Positions 25,186 through 38,946 of a stretch of 64,000 nucleotides of DNA are shown in pieces. The stretch comes from Psilocybe cubensis. Taxonomy: Eukaryota. The notes below the pieces were generated by a model. The model was not told the origin of the DNA and did no database searches. It worked only from the letters and a program-made list of their open reading frames with translations. The stretch spans positions 930,001-994,000 of the forward strand of contig CM039002.1 of NCBI GenBank assembly GCA_017499595.2. The letters run 5' to 3'. The position numbers and the translations under genes were made by a program. Positions within the stretch are counted from its first letter, which is position 1, and every line of letters starts with the position of its first letter.

Positions 25186-26509
25186 TACACTCCCTTTAAC
25201 ATTTTCTATGTATCACCACAACGCATATTATATACCAACTGACTGTATAGTACTTGTAAGCATGAACCAAAATCAAACAGTATTAACAACAACCTTTACT
25301 TTGCTCTTCTTTTGCCACCTAACCGCAATTCCATTAGGGACGTCGGTATCAACTATTGCCGAGATATGTCAAACATTGATTCTCACACTACGACACCGAG
25401 CAAAGCTCACATGATTAGAGAAATCAACTGCTACGTATTGCTTGATTTGTGAGCGCTTGTTTGAGCTAAAAATAGACCATCATCTCCTAGAAGCAAAAAC
25501 GTCCGTTTATCTCTCATGGCTATGTCTGGCTATGCTTTCAAGCTGGGTGGTTACCGGCACAAGCCCATTAAACCTTCTATCTTTGGATAAAATACGAACT
25601 GTAAACAGAGGCGCAAGGCCGGAACTACATCACAAAAACCCCGCCTAACCCCGACCAAATTTCCTCCTAATTTCCTGAACCAAGATCTTCCACTATCCAT
25701 GAAGAATTTATGAGGATTCATGCTTCAGCCTCCGTGTTTCTCTGATGAAATGATTAGGTGGGTCATGGTTCAAATTTTATGCAGGTCTTACGATCAATAG
25801 ACTGCTAGAGGATCCGGAAAAATGTGACTATCATGATTACTTGACTCTTTCGCTCGATATATTGCCACATGATATTTCTATTCTACACCAACAGTCCGCA
25901 AAGGAGTGACGTTACCATAACAAATGCATGAAACGCAGCACCTATCAGGAGTTCATAATGTGAGCGATACCCGCATAACTACCCTCATTCCTCGACATCA
26001 TGCAAGGTGAAACTGGCAAAAGAGTCTGTAAACCCATAGTCTGCAGATGATGGCCGTCTGCTCGGGCCGTGAATACTTTATCAGATTGATTAGGATGCTT
26101 CCATGACTCTACTCTATTGTCAACTACCGTCACAAGTTCGCACAGGAATAGGAAGCCTATGTACGTTCCATTTCTATTCTCGGCGATCAGGATTCTAACG
26201 CAAAGTGAAGTCCACTGCCGTGTCTACATACAGCGATACATGCGCAGTTGGGCTTCATATTTGGGTATCTTTGCTGGTCTTCTCGAACAAGAGGGTGTAC
26301 ATTTCACACCAAAACATCAGATCGATGGAAATTTGGCTGTGATTACACGGTTCTTGATATCGGGACGCGCTTAGCCTAACACATACAGAGAAATAGCATG
26401 TGTTGGTGTCCCCACAGCTTGTAGATAGGCTACATTGTTTTCCACTTAAAGAAACGCTCTTTGGATTTTATGCCTTTCGATCTTGGCTCTAGGCCACCAC
26501 CCCCTCGAT

Positions 26510-28666
26510 ATGGAGCATACTTCGGTTCAGGAGAATGAGAGCTCACTCAGTAACAGAGCGTTGGCAAAGTTGGAAGATTCATCACTGGAGTCCAATAACC
26601 CTACCAACAAGCCTGCAAGAGGATTTCGGTTTTGGGTGGTTTTTTTCTCGCTTTTTGTAGCGGTATTTCTTATTTGCCTGGAGGCGGTGAGTCTTTATGC
26701 TTGGTGCCTGTGGCTACCGCTCTGAGACGTAATATTATGTAGACTGTGGTTTCCACTGCTTTACCAACAATTGCAAAGGATCTAGCCCTATCACAGTTTG
26801 TGTGGATAGGATCTTGTTATGCATTAGCAAATGCAGCCGCGCTTCCCCTATGCGGTGGTTTTGCTCAGGTGAGAATTTGACTTCAGTATGTTTGCCCTGC
26901 CTCGAGCCTCTGAACTTGATTGCCCCAAGGTGTTCGGCAGAAAGCCCGTAATATTGGGCTCGCTTATTTTGTTCATAATCGGGTCGGCTATTGGAGGATC
27001 TGCACATAATCAGTCAACAATACTAGCCGCCCGTGGTACGTAAAATTGTTCCTGAAGCGATAATTACACGTTTCATGCAGAAGTGTTTAGTTATTCAAGG
27101 TGTTGGGGGAGGGTGCACACTCGCAATTTGTACCATTATTGTGTCTGATTTAGTCTCTTTGTCGGAACGAGGAGCCTTCAATGGGATTCTGGGCCTGTAA
27201 GTCACCATATGATTCAGTTAATATACCGACTGATTGAACCATGACAATAGTGCCTTCTGTATTGCTGGTGGTATAGGCCCTGTGGTTGGCGGTGCACTAG
27301 CTCAAGAAGGACAATGGCGATGGATTTTCTGTAAGAAGCAACTTGGCATTGTGTTACGACAAAATATTGATTAGCTTTGATTTAGTCATGAATATTCCAA
27401 TTGCTGTTTTTTGCATTTCAATAATCATATTTTCTTTGCATGTGCCCACTCCGCCAGGAAGTGTGAGTGAGAAGTTAAAAACGATTGACTGGGGGCAAGC
27501 CTATTTTTTGCTTTCCAACGATTCAAATACTTATATTTCCATTCATTTGTTTGTAGTGGCAATTTTATTATTGTTGCCAGCACGGCGTCCTGTAGTACTG
27601 GATTGACTTGGGGAGGAATTGAGCATCCTTGGAATTCGCCACAAGTCCTCGTACCACTTATTCTAGGACTCCTAGGAACAGCTGCATTTTTTGTATATGA
27701 AGCTTTTGTTCCGACATATCCACTTGTAAGTAATTCGGAGATTCACATCAACTCTGTAACACTTACTTTTAATTCTAGATACCATACCACATCTTCGCAA
27801 ATCGAACCAGTATAAGCGGGTAAGCGGTCACAATTTCTTATTTTGCTATCAGGGAAGAGGCTTAAAATGCAAGTTTAGATTTATTCAGACGTTCATACTC
27901 TCCATCCCTCATCTGAGCCTCCTCTGTGCGTACAATATTTGTGCTCCGTCGTTCATATTTCCATGTCTGAAACCATCTATTTTTAGATTACCTTCCTGTG
28001 TACTATCAGGCATGTAAAGATGCTTCCCCAACTGCGTCGGGCGTAGACCTTTTCGGCCTTGTGTTCAGTGTTGCACCCATGGCAATGATTTCTGGGCTTT
28101 CCGTCAATATCTTTAAGGTTTACAGACCCCAGATAATTGCCGGATGGGTAATCCTAATCGTTGGCTCCGGAGCACTCAGTATTGTAAAGGAGAATTCAAC
28201 AAGAAGTTTGTCTCTCGGCTTGCAGATCGTTAACGGCATAGGAATTGGGCTGGTTTACATGACAGTATACTTCCCTATCCTGGCGCCCTTGCCTATAACA
28301 TCCACTGCCCAGGCATTGGCGCTGTACAATTACCTACGCGCCATCGCACAAACCTGGGGGGTAACAATTGGTAGCGCGGTCCTCCAAAATCAGCTTAAGA
28401 GTGACCTTCCGGTTGGCTTCACCGATCAGTTTCCAGCCGGGGTCGCTATCGCATACTCGATCATTCCTATCGTTCCAGGCCTGTCGCAGCCGCTAAAAGA
28501 CCAAGTCCGAGACGCCTTTGCAAAAGGATTGGCGACGCTTTGGCAGGTGCACACAGGTATCATTGGTGCGGGACTTATTGCCTGCCTTTTCATGCGAGGT
28601 CTACCATTACACACAGAAGTCGACAAGAATTGGGAACTGGAAGAAAAGGCAGTAAAATCCAAGTAA
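26510..28666 (+). CDS. MFS drug:H+ antiporter-like transporter (14-TM DHA2/Azr1 type)
   Basis: FWVVFFSL...LEATVVSTALPTI, FGRKP, QGVGGG, VSDLVSLSERG, GPVVGGALA, WRWIF, WGGIEHPWNSPQVL. Confidence 0.92.
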
Positions 28667-28762
28667 ATAGATAGAAGTATACTGGCACAGCTAGAGCATA
28701 ATGTACCAAAAGAGAAGTTTTTGAATGCGTGCACCAGTCACATTGAACTAGATTTCAAGTTA

Positions 28763-30950
28763 TTATGCCCGAGGGCTAAGGACAACTGGAAGAACACCCT
28801 TTATAAAAACAAAGCAGTCTTCAAGATCGTTTAACCAATTTGCAGGATCCCAGCCAACTTTGAAGTCCATTTCGAATTGTTGTACCAGAGTAGCCACGAT
28901 GATTCGCAGTTCTAATTGCGCGAGTGACTTGCCAACACAATTCATTGGTCCAAGTGAAAAAGGGAGGAAGGCTGCTTGGTTAGTTATCACCTTAGGCTGT
29001 GTATTCAACCATCTCTCAGGCCAGAATCGATCAGGATCAGGGCTAAAGTATCGTTCGTCGCGATGAATCACATACGGAGGGGTATACACTCCAGTCCCTG
29101 GTGGGATGAACCTGTCCCAAAATAATGGAGCCGCTTTAATATCATCAATCTCGCCAGGTAAAAGGTTACTGACATGTTGCCGACCATTTTGCCCTCGGCC
29201 CCAGGCTCGGGCCCCCGTTGGAGACCAGTTGGAACAGGTGGTTGCAACCGTAAGGCCTCATTTCTATAGGCAAAATAAGAAATAGCGAAGATGGTGAGGA
29301 TTTTGACATTACATGACTGCATTCAAATAAGGCATGTTTGCGAGCTTTGTTGAATCGTCACTAGGGGCTGTGCCTTCTTTTCTTGGGAAATTGTGGTCAA
29401 CCTCTTCCCGAAGCCTGGAAAACAAAATCAGAAAGCGTGAATGGAGAAAATCCGGAAAAACAAACCTTTCGAATATCATTTTATCAGATAGAATGTAGAA
29501 AAATATGTTGCTTAATACAGTGGCCGTGGTGTCTGAGCCAGCAACAATAGCCAGGAAAGCATCGGAGGAAAAGTCACCGAATGAAGCCGGTTGTGGTGAC
29601 GCACTGACTTCATCAAGCTATCACAATCTTTAGATTGCGTTTTACGACGAAGCTTTGAACATACCAGATGGGAGCTGAGGTCTTCCCCAGTGAATGCCAC
29701 GCCACGTTCTATTCGTTTTTTAGATGTCTCTATCACGAAGTTCATCAACTTCGACGCATTTTTTCCCATCCCCGGCAACTCATACAAGATCGGGGCAGCC
29801 CATGGAATATGTTGTGTGTAGGCCTGTACCCTAATATAATGTAAGGGGCTTTGTACTATAGTAAGATACTGTGCATACCTGATGCCCTTCTCCATCATTT
29901 TCCAAAGGCCATCGACATCACCATCTCGCATCAACTCGAAAAATCCACCAAATCTATACTTAATTTAGGTAAAAGTCTGTAGGGCAGCAAAAAATGCTTA
30001 CGCCATGTCACCCATAAAATCGTATCTATTGATAATGTTAGTTCCCGTGTTCAAACGCGCTAAACATGGCACGCACGCAAAAAATGACATCCACTCTGCT
30101 AAATCAACGTGTTTATTTGATCTGGAAGCGGCCTGAAGTGCATCTACTAATTGGTCCAGACGTTTTCTTAGAATAGGTTCGTAATTTTTAATTCGAGGTA
30201 TGCTGAATGCCCTATTCCAGACTTTCCGTCGTCGAAGGTGTTCAGCCATGTTCCGGATGCTGATAAGGGAGTAGTGCTTCCGTTTCGGAGTATGCCTTCC
30301 CGACCAAACTTGCGTGATATCAAATCATTGTTCAATGCATTTCGACTGGAATGCAACTCACTTGGTCCTTTAGCTAACCCATCTGGTCCAAGTATGGCCT
30401 GGACAACGTCTGCGTCACATACCGAGACCTCATTAGGACCTAATTTATGTTAGATGATGCTAGAACAGGTGAGAATGCATGCTTTACCTGTCCGAACAAT
30501 GGGTCCATAACGTTTGTGAAGATTTAAGTGGTTGAGATGCGTCCGGCCTGTATACGAGTTGTATATGTTCCAAAATTGACTGCATTTGGCAAGGAGTGGT
30601 CCAGGGTACTTGGCTAGTGGGTGGATAGGTGATAGACGGTAAATGAGAATTGATGCGGCGAGTGTTCCATAAACAATGCCATAGGACACTAGGATTGCAA
30701 CCGAGGCAGAGTTGGGATAGTGAGGGAGTATAGCGGGCACTGGAAGCAGCGGTGATAGTATCAATATACGTTTCAGAGCAGTAATGTGGGTGATTTCAAG
30801 TTTATTGAATAATAGATGAAGACTCTGATAAAAGCGTACAACGAATGTCAGCCGCGTCATCAGAGATTAAAATAAACGAACCAGTCCGCAGAAAACGGCA
30901 CTCAACAGTGCGTCTGAATGACTGAGGTGTACACTTGGAATCTTCGCCAT
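28763..30950 (-). CDS. Cytochrome P450 monooxygenase (CYP67/CYP5035-like)
   Basis: YRLSPIHPLAKYPGP, I-helix AIVAGSDTTAT, EALR, PERW and heme motif FSLGPMNCVG. Start ATG at 30950. Confidence 0.93.
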
Positions 30951-31894
30951 AATGAAGCTGGTCAAGGTTTTCAAGGTCCCACGTTGCAGTGGTAATATAT
31001 CCCAAAGTCAAAACGTAGCGCCAAAAGGCGTAAAGTGATCCAGTCTGGAATTGTGATGCTTGGCGTAGGCTTGACGTGTTCATGCGATTCCCCCGTCCCC
31101 GTCGTATCACGACTGCGTTAAATTTAGCACGGAATCCAGATGTGTACTTGAAGCAACATGTGATAAGGAGACAAAGAGAAGGAGTAAAGGTAAGGTGGAA
31201 CATATGTAAATCCATTAGAAATCAAAAGCGAGTCCGTACCGCTCTTCAGTTTTCAGTTTCATTTCAGCATAACATCCTGGCGACTTCCTTCTTCACGAGA
31301 GCATTCATCTTCATATACAGTTGTTGACGATTCTACAAGTTGATTCCCAGATTTCACCCAATTTCAGCAATCCAGAATTTTCAAAATGCGCTTCTTCGAG
31401 AGTAGTTCATGAGCCACAAATGGGCACAAGGTTGAAAATTTGTTGAATAGAAAAAGTAACAGGACGAGAGAAAGTCACTGGTGGCTGTGACGTTCTAGCA
31501 CTTCAAACTCCGAAATAAATCACGTCACGTGATGTCTGTCACGATTTGAAGTTTTGCTGGCGGCTCCAACGGTCAGCCAACTCAGGCATTTTCTTCAAAT
31601 TCTTACCTTCACCACCTACTAATTTCCAAATTCAATTTACCCTCCTTCACAAAGATTGGTGCTTGAAAAATTTTCAGACGTCATTCCTATGGTATCATCA
31701 TTGGTGCAACCCTTATGATTTTGTTCGCCTTAAATTCCAGCTGGAGTAGAGGCTCCAAGTTCCAACGGCATTCCATTTAAATAATATCTAGCCAGGTATG
31801 TCTCTAAATAATATGGGTATAAATAATCCGATATAATACAACTTCAAAATAGCAGTCTCCATGAAGAGTCGATCGACACGACGGTAACAAGCCA

Positions 31895-33893
31895 TCATGA
31901 ACAAATGATGGATTCCTGGCCCTGTTTGAACATTCAGCTGGGGAAATCTTATATAAAAAACCAGAAAAGGGCGCTTACCGGACGTTTCATTGCCCACAAG
32001 GTCAACCCTAACCATCTGCGTGAATAAGCTACGTCCATGTACATGAACATGTAGTGCCATTTGCGCCGAAACATGGACATCTGGGCAGGGTCGCCCAGTT
32101 TGGGATGTTTCTGCGTCAACGTCAGCGCAAGTTTCTCGCTCCAGTTTTCATCGAACCGTCTGATTTTGAACCTATTAGTGATTGATTTTCCAAAGTTGAT
32201 CATTTGAACTTACCTCCCCCATTCACGAAGGCATCGGGGATAATCTTGAATGATCTATCAAATCAAAATGAACCCTCAAGAATAGACTATGATGCTTACG
32301 GTCTCCTAAATCTTGCACGGTATCAACACAGAATCGACGCGGAACATGTCGCTGAAAGTCAACCAGAAGAGAAGTAGGACTAGGCGAAACACCATTTGGC
32401 CAATGGTACTTCCGCGTGAAGTCGTTCCCTCTGTGAAGTTACATTTGGTATTAGGTGGCTGTCATACTGAAGTATGGGTCGTGCTTACTGATACGGAGTA
32501 TAGGTACTCTCTGGATATGTTGTCGACGTAAGGACCACGGTAGCTTTATCGTCTTTAAGCGCCCAGTCAATCTGCGAAAGATATACTTTCATGTTTCTCG
32601 CTCCTACAGCCTTTTTGGATTGTCAGCATGCCGTACTGCCACAGAAAAATATCGTCACTTACTTCCAACATTTCCGTGCTGACACATGCGTCGAAAGCCT
32701 TCTCGAAATGGGGAGGCATGTGTCGATAGTCCATAAAGTGGACAGTCACCCTATCCTGTACATTTGCACGTCTTATATTCTCTTCCGCTCCCCGCTGTTG
32801 CTCTACAGAAATGGTGATAGTGTCAACAGTGCATCCCATTTTTGCGGCCTACATTTTTCAATGAGTCGAGCCAAAGTTATCTGATTGACGGTAAGCACGT
32901 ACGGCAATCGCAAGTCCTCCCCATCCGCTTCCTATTTCTAGTAGACGGTCGCCAGGTCGCAACCGCGCTTTGTCAAGGATGTACGCGATTTTGCGGGCCT
33001 GTGCGTCTTCGAGGTCTCCTGGGCGTCGATGGCCTTCCAAGTCTCCTCGTACGCCACCTTCCTCTTTACCCCAAATGGGACACGAGTACATCATCTCTTT
33101 GCTGAGAAACGCCTAGCCATGGTTGTTAGCCTGCTTTTTCACCTCTCAAAATATTTACATACTCGATACATTTCGTTTGAAGCATTGTACCCAGCCACCT
33201 AGATATCGGTGAGAATGTCGGTATTTTTTTAGTTGATTGATTATAACTCACATTCTCTATGGATTTTGTGATCCCATGGCTCAGGAAGAATGTAGTGACA
33301 ACGTCAAAACATCTCAAGAGTTTGTAAAACGGAGATGAAAGCCCTCCTAATTGGTCTAAATTGTCGATGTAAAGCTAGTGGTTATTGTGCGTTAGTAAGT
33401 CCGTTAGCGCCGCTGGAGGTCCCTTACTGACATTGAGCAATGCTTTCAAATCGGAGGTTTCGAATTCTCCGGCCATGTAAGCTTCGGAGACTAACAGGTG
33501 GTACGTAGGTCAGAATGAATTTATGGTAATTCTCGTTACTTGCAGCTTACATCCAATGTCATAGGAGAGCAGGATGCGAAGCCAGAACATTTCACTTCGG
33601 ATGATGAGGGTGACTGGCGGTGTTTGTTCACCCTCATCCAATGACCCGAATGTCCTTTGTCCTATGGCAGCATCATACAAATCAAGCCGACCCCTTGTGA
33701 CCCCTTCTTGAAGGGCAGACAGGACTCGATTTCGCGCTAAAAATGGTCAGTAAGCTACATGGAAGTCCACGCAAATCCGAATCTAAAAATCACCGAAAGT
33801 AATGACATAATCCCAAACAATGACGGTTAGGTAGCTCTTCAGCTGATACAGGGATGGGGGAGTCAATGCAGCATACGTCGATGATGAAGTCAT
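31895..33893 (-). CDS. SAM-dependent methyltransferase of the cyclopropane-fatty-acyl-phospholipid synthase family (CFS1-like)
   Basis: FLSKEMMYSC, LEDAQARK, LLEIGSGWG (motif I), TISVEQ, DYR, FDACVSTEMLE, FRRKWHYMF. The last exon is approximate. Confidence 0.9.
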
Positions 33894-34905
33894 TGTTTGC
33901 TGAGTTAGCGTATAGAGAATTTAGTTTCTATTGTCTTCAACTTCTACGCGGCTTTTAAACCCCTGAGGCTGGAGTATCCTTGAAAAATATTTTTTCCACT
34001 TCGAGTCAAATGCTATGTGTCATTGTATCAGATCTCAGTTGGGCGACGTGGTTATGCAGATTAGTTGGCTCCAAGTAATGCTCGATACGATATTAGATCT
34101 TGAAACGGATCAATCTGTTTGAATATACAAGCTGTGTGTGTGAGTAGCCCACAGGTCAATCTCATGCTGTTCCCGTAAGAATGGAAGTTCGAGTCAACAC
34201 ATTGTATCCGCCCCGTTGAGCGCCGTTGTCTCCCCGAAAAACGTCGATAATGGCCGCGTTACAAGGATGTCCACTTATTCGACGACCTGGATATTTTTCT
34301 ATATTTAATCTCAGATCAAATCAACATGCCCCGACTCGTGGCAAGAGGAGACACACTTGATTGTCTCTGGGACGAGGTATTGTAAACTTTATACTGAACG
34401 GGATCGTGTTTCGTCGCTGTGCATTTAATGACGCCGGCCAGCGTTATGATATCACATGGGTTCCTTCTTTTTTGCTTGACTTTTGTTAACAATACCATAT
34501 CAATACTATGATGATCACGGAGGGTTTCCTTAGTGCTCAGATTCAGAGCTTGCGAAGCATGATGGAACTAGGTGTGCTTCTCATCTGATTGATCGTTTAG
34601 AGTTGAGTGCACGATCTTACAACCTCGAAGTAATCTATAGCTGAATATAACAACAGATCTACTTATACCTACTATGTTTTTTTTGAACTCGAAGTTGACT
34701 CGACTCAGATATGAGACGTCGGTGTATGAAAGCCCGGGGGCCCTGAAATAGTCTAAAAATAGAACAATCCCACTGCATCTCCCCGGTTATGAAGCGGGCC
34801 TCCATACTAATCGCGCTCTCCCCGATTTTTCCATTAGGAAAGCACATGGGTGAGGATCTCGACCTGTGAGGATCGCAGCGGCTGTTTGTGATCATATCTC
34901 ATTTA

Positions 34906-35695
34906 CAGTTGACTTTTTCATAATGCATAACGTTATAATGCATATTTCTCATAATGCATGACTTTTGGGCTTGCATCACGTAGGGAAGCAGGGAATTGGC
35001 ACCCATATTGCATATTGCATAATGCATGGGCTTGAGATGTAAATATGCATTATGACAATGGGTATAAACAGAGATTTTCTGTACATTTTGGTAGTAAAGG
35101 CCGACATCAGGCTCATCATAAAATTTATTGGGTGCATTAACGCACTATCTACACAATTTTGAGCCCTTCAGAGAACAATTTCACCTGTTTTCCCACATTA
35201 CGGTTCACTATTTCTTCCCAATGCAAAAAAATACGGAAAAATACTCAAGTCACGTGAGAAGCCAGCTCCATATAACTGGCAAATGCAAAACAAAAATTGT
35301 ACCAAAGATGTACCAAAAACTTCATCCAGCTTAGCTGCGGCAAAATCACGGTTAAATTTGACAGTTGCTGACTGGCCGCTTGTCTTTGATTTTGTCAAAA
35401 AGCACCCATTACTGTCCCAAGGTAAGATAGTTGCTCATTTTAAAAATAGGAAAGAGGATCCACTACTTTTAATCAATCTACACTTTCAAGAAAGCTAGCA
35501 AAGAGCACACAAGCAATTTTCCATCCCAATACATTGTCTACAAAGCGAATGAGAGTCGTGGATCACCATTCATGTCACGCATTTGGCTGGGGTCACACCT
35601 CAGTCACAATGCGTGACTATCTTCGTATTGCATACTTGTCATAATGCATAGCTTTTGACCGTTACAACCGGTATGCATTATGAAAAAGTCAACTG
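34906..35695 (+). mobile_element. Non-autonomous pogo/Tigger (Tc1-mariner superfamily) deletion derivative, 790 bp
   Basis: Perfect 24-bp TIRs CAGTTGACTTTTTCATAATGCATA (34906-34929 and 35672-35695) flanked by TA. Contains a frameshifted transposase N-terminal remnant RLNLTVADW...SQGKIVAHF...NQSTLSRKL...PNTLSTKRMRVV. Confidence 0.9.
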
Positions 35696-35912
35696 TACTC
35701 ATTTCTTCTCCACCGGCGCCGGCGCCGTCTGTCCCACACTACTTCTACGAGCAACGTTGCCAGCTTTCTAGCCGAATTAGATGGAAATTACCTGTGAGTA
35801 GCACTGTGACAGCCTGCTAAATGTTATACTTATACTTAGAAGCAAGGTAACTGTCCATATCACATATCCAGCAGAGACTACGCCCACCGTCAACCCAGCG
35901 TCAGCATTCAAC

Positions 35913-37110
35913 ATGTCCCTCAAGGTCGAAACTATCACCCTCAAACAGCCCACGACAGGCCTAGTTTCTCTGGCTACCCGCTATACGTCAGTAAATCAGT
36001 CGCCAGAAAGTCTAACTGTCCTCTTTACGCATAGCACAAGCAATCGTACGAAAAATTGAGATGCCTCCTATGCAAGTTCATGCTTACTGAACTCGAGTTG
36101 ATGTAGACAAAGAACAATGGGACATACCGATCCGACGTATCTTTGAAATTTGTCCGGATGTTATTGGGGAGGCATGGAGTATCGACTGGCAAAGCCATGG
36201 ACAGTCAGCTCTGGTAAATCAGGCAGTGTTGAGTCAAAGAACAGCGAGTAAGCACATCTATAGATGTAATCGTTCGCATGTCAAACTTACCTTCATTAGC
36301 TCTTACCGACTACGCAGACATCTTGAGGCGGTTACTCGAATCCAAATATCTCGAGGGAAAGAATGTCGTCGTTGTTGGACATTCATCATCAACACTAGCC
36401 TGGTACGAATGACAGACTTCGGATTGATGGCAAAACTAAAACAGAATACGTCTAGGACACTGGCTATACTTCAGGCTATCATATCCCCATCTCTTATTAA
36501 AGCGGTTGTTTTCGTCGAAGCTGCATATGTCCTTCCTCCGCTCAAGGAAAACGACGAGCGAGTAGCTAAAGGAGTTACCAACGAGAAGGGTGTTAAATCC
36601 AGAAAACACACATTTCCCTCGAGGGATGAGGCTGCTAAATGGTGCCGAAGGCGCATGCCCTGGAAGCTCTGGGACGAGCGAATGTTCAAATGTTACATGG
36701 TAAGCGTTTAGCGTCTCCTCAACGTCAAGTACTGATCACTCTTGTGAGTGTAGGAATACGCTTTCCGATCAGTAGCACCTGGATCAACTGAGGTGACGTT
36801 GAACTGTACACTAGAGCAAGAGCTAGATGGTTATGGGCCAAACATTCCCCTTCTTGCTGGCCATCTCTACCCGAAGCTCTGCGCCACCTATCCAGTACAC
36901 GGAATATTTGGGGAGCGCCCTGATCTCTATTCAAATGCCACCAGGGACAAATTCTTTGACGGACAGGAAGGACGAGTAATGGCCAGTGTCCATATCGTTC
37001 CTAAAGCAGGGCATTTGCTAGTACAAGAAGTCCCTGAGACTGCTGCAGACATAATTGCCGGGATCTTGAAAAGCACCGGCCACCAGCGCACTCCTATGGC
37101 GCGCCTTTGA
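35913..37110 (+). CDS. Alpha/beta hydrolase (Abhydrolase_6-like)
   Basis: LFTHSTSNH|KEQW, EAWSIDWQSHGQSA, nucleophile elbow VVGHSSS, AGHLLVQEVP. Confidence 0.88.
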
Positions 37111-37372
37111 TGTATAGCACAATGTGAGTTCTGAGAGTCCGGGGACAGAATTATCAAACAGGTTGCTGCGTTTTTGATAGAGCACAAGGATGATATGTAT
37201 GTTAATCATACTGCAATTTCGAGTCTTCGGCCGCAGAGTGAACTTGGAGAAGGATATTTCCAAAAAGTCAGCATTGATGACGATTAAATTTGATCCCACT
37301 AGATTCTACCAACAAAAAAATTTCTAGCTTAAATCTCTCCATGAGGTCCACTGAAATTGCACGCGATACAAT

Positions 37373-38452
37373 CTAAGGGGGTGAAGGTTCAAGCTTAATG
37401 TTTTTCCTCGTCCTCTCCATATCATAATTGTCTTCCAAATCATGGTTCCATCCTCGCTTCATATACGTCTCTGTGGGCTTGTATGCTAGACCTGGACATC
37501 TGTGTGAATAGCCTGACAATCCGGGATTGCGTATGACACCGTAGGCCTGAAGCATTCCTAGATAACATATAAGAATAATATCACCGCCCAACCCAATGAA
37601 CTGACCACGAGGACGGTAATTGAAGATAAACGTCGCTAGTATGCCGCAATTTTTGGATTTATAGGCGACCTGCTTCTCAATCATCTTCGTTTCACCATAC
37701 CTGAATTAACCCATTTTTTACCTATCATTACATGTTGAATGGATGTGAACTTACGTGACAATATGGGCAAGTCCCTTCTTTGTTTTCTCGTGGATTATTA
37801 CGGCTTCAGATACATCATACGTCGAAGATATTTTTTCTTCTTTAGGATCGAAGTCAGACTTTTTTCTAATGACCATTCTGATATCTCCAATGTGCATTGA
37901 AGATTTATTATCCAGATACTGGTCGTCGTCTAAAAGCAGTTGGAAAGAGTTGGAAAGTCCATGATAAATATACATAGGCTTGTTGGAGGTCTATGCCCCT
38001 CACCGGTAAGTTTAGGCGTACCAAATTTGAATTGGCGCTCTTCTGTAGGTGAAGTCAAAGCACCGGATACTGTACCCACCAGTGTAGGTCGATGTGGAAA
38101 TAGAAATTTCTTCCGAACAATCTTTCCGTCCAACAAAATCTCGACTCCCATTGCGTATTCTGTATTATCACAAATGCTTTTATACTTCAATTCGAACGGT
38201 TATGTATTAGTTGGTGAATATTTGAGCAGAACAAGCCGAATTAATCATTGGGGAAGAAATAACAGAAAAACCCACCTTGTCGACTAGAGATTCGATCCAA
38301 CAGCTGACCTCTTTCTTGGCAGAATCATAGTATACTGCGTGATGAGTGACCGTTTTCCCGTCAATTTCTATCCAAACTTCAATTGGCGCAGCTTCGCAAG
38401 TCATCGATGTCGTGGGGACCTTGGGGTTTTGATATGACCCGGCCAGATCCAT
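37373..38452 (-). CDS. Hypothetical protein, DUF7918-like, tandem copy A
   Basis: IEVWIEIDGK...EVSCWIES, ERQFKFG, LDDDQYL, IHEKTKKGLAH, ATFIFNYRPR, LQAYGVI. The start could instead be 38404. Confidence 0.72.
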
Positions 38453-38946
38453 GAGATTCAAATGAGGGTAAGAGTTTTCCAAGTCGTTTACTGGTCGCAG
38501 ATATTCGCAAGACGTATGGGGATAACGATAACGCTGGGAATCTTGAAAACGAGTTGTGGGCCAAATAGACGCCAACGTCGAATTCAGGGGTCGCTCTTTC
38601 GGTTCACGTATACCACGTGATTAATGTTCCACCGCGTCGCGTCGCGCCATTGCATCGTAATTTCGCAGCCGTCAGCGTTTAATCCATCTCTAATTTTACA
38701 AAAGACGTTCAATTTACAAGCCACTGTAGCAAAGTGAGTTAAAAATCGAATATACTCAGGAATCCCAGCTTTGATTTCCTATCTATCATGCTACTAGTAC
38801 TCTTGACACATAGTAGAAGGTTGGTCGTAATATTGATATACATATCTTCGAGTCATTTAATTATATAACGATTACATTCTCGAATAATATAGTAAGTTAT
38901 GTAATTACGGTTTGAGACTGAATATCCCAAATAAAAGCCCATGCTC

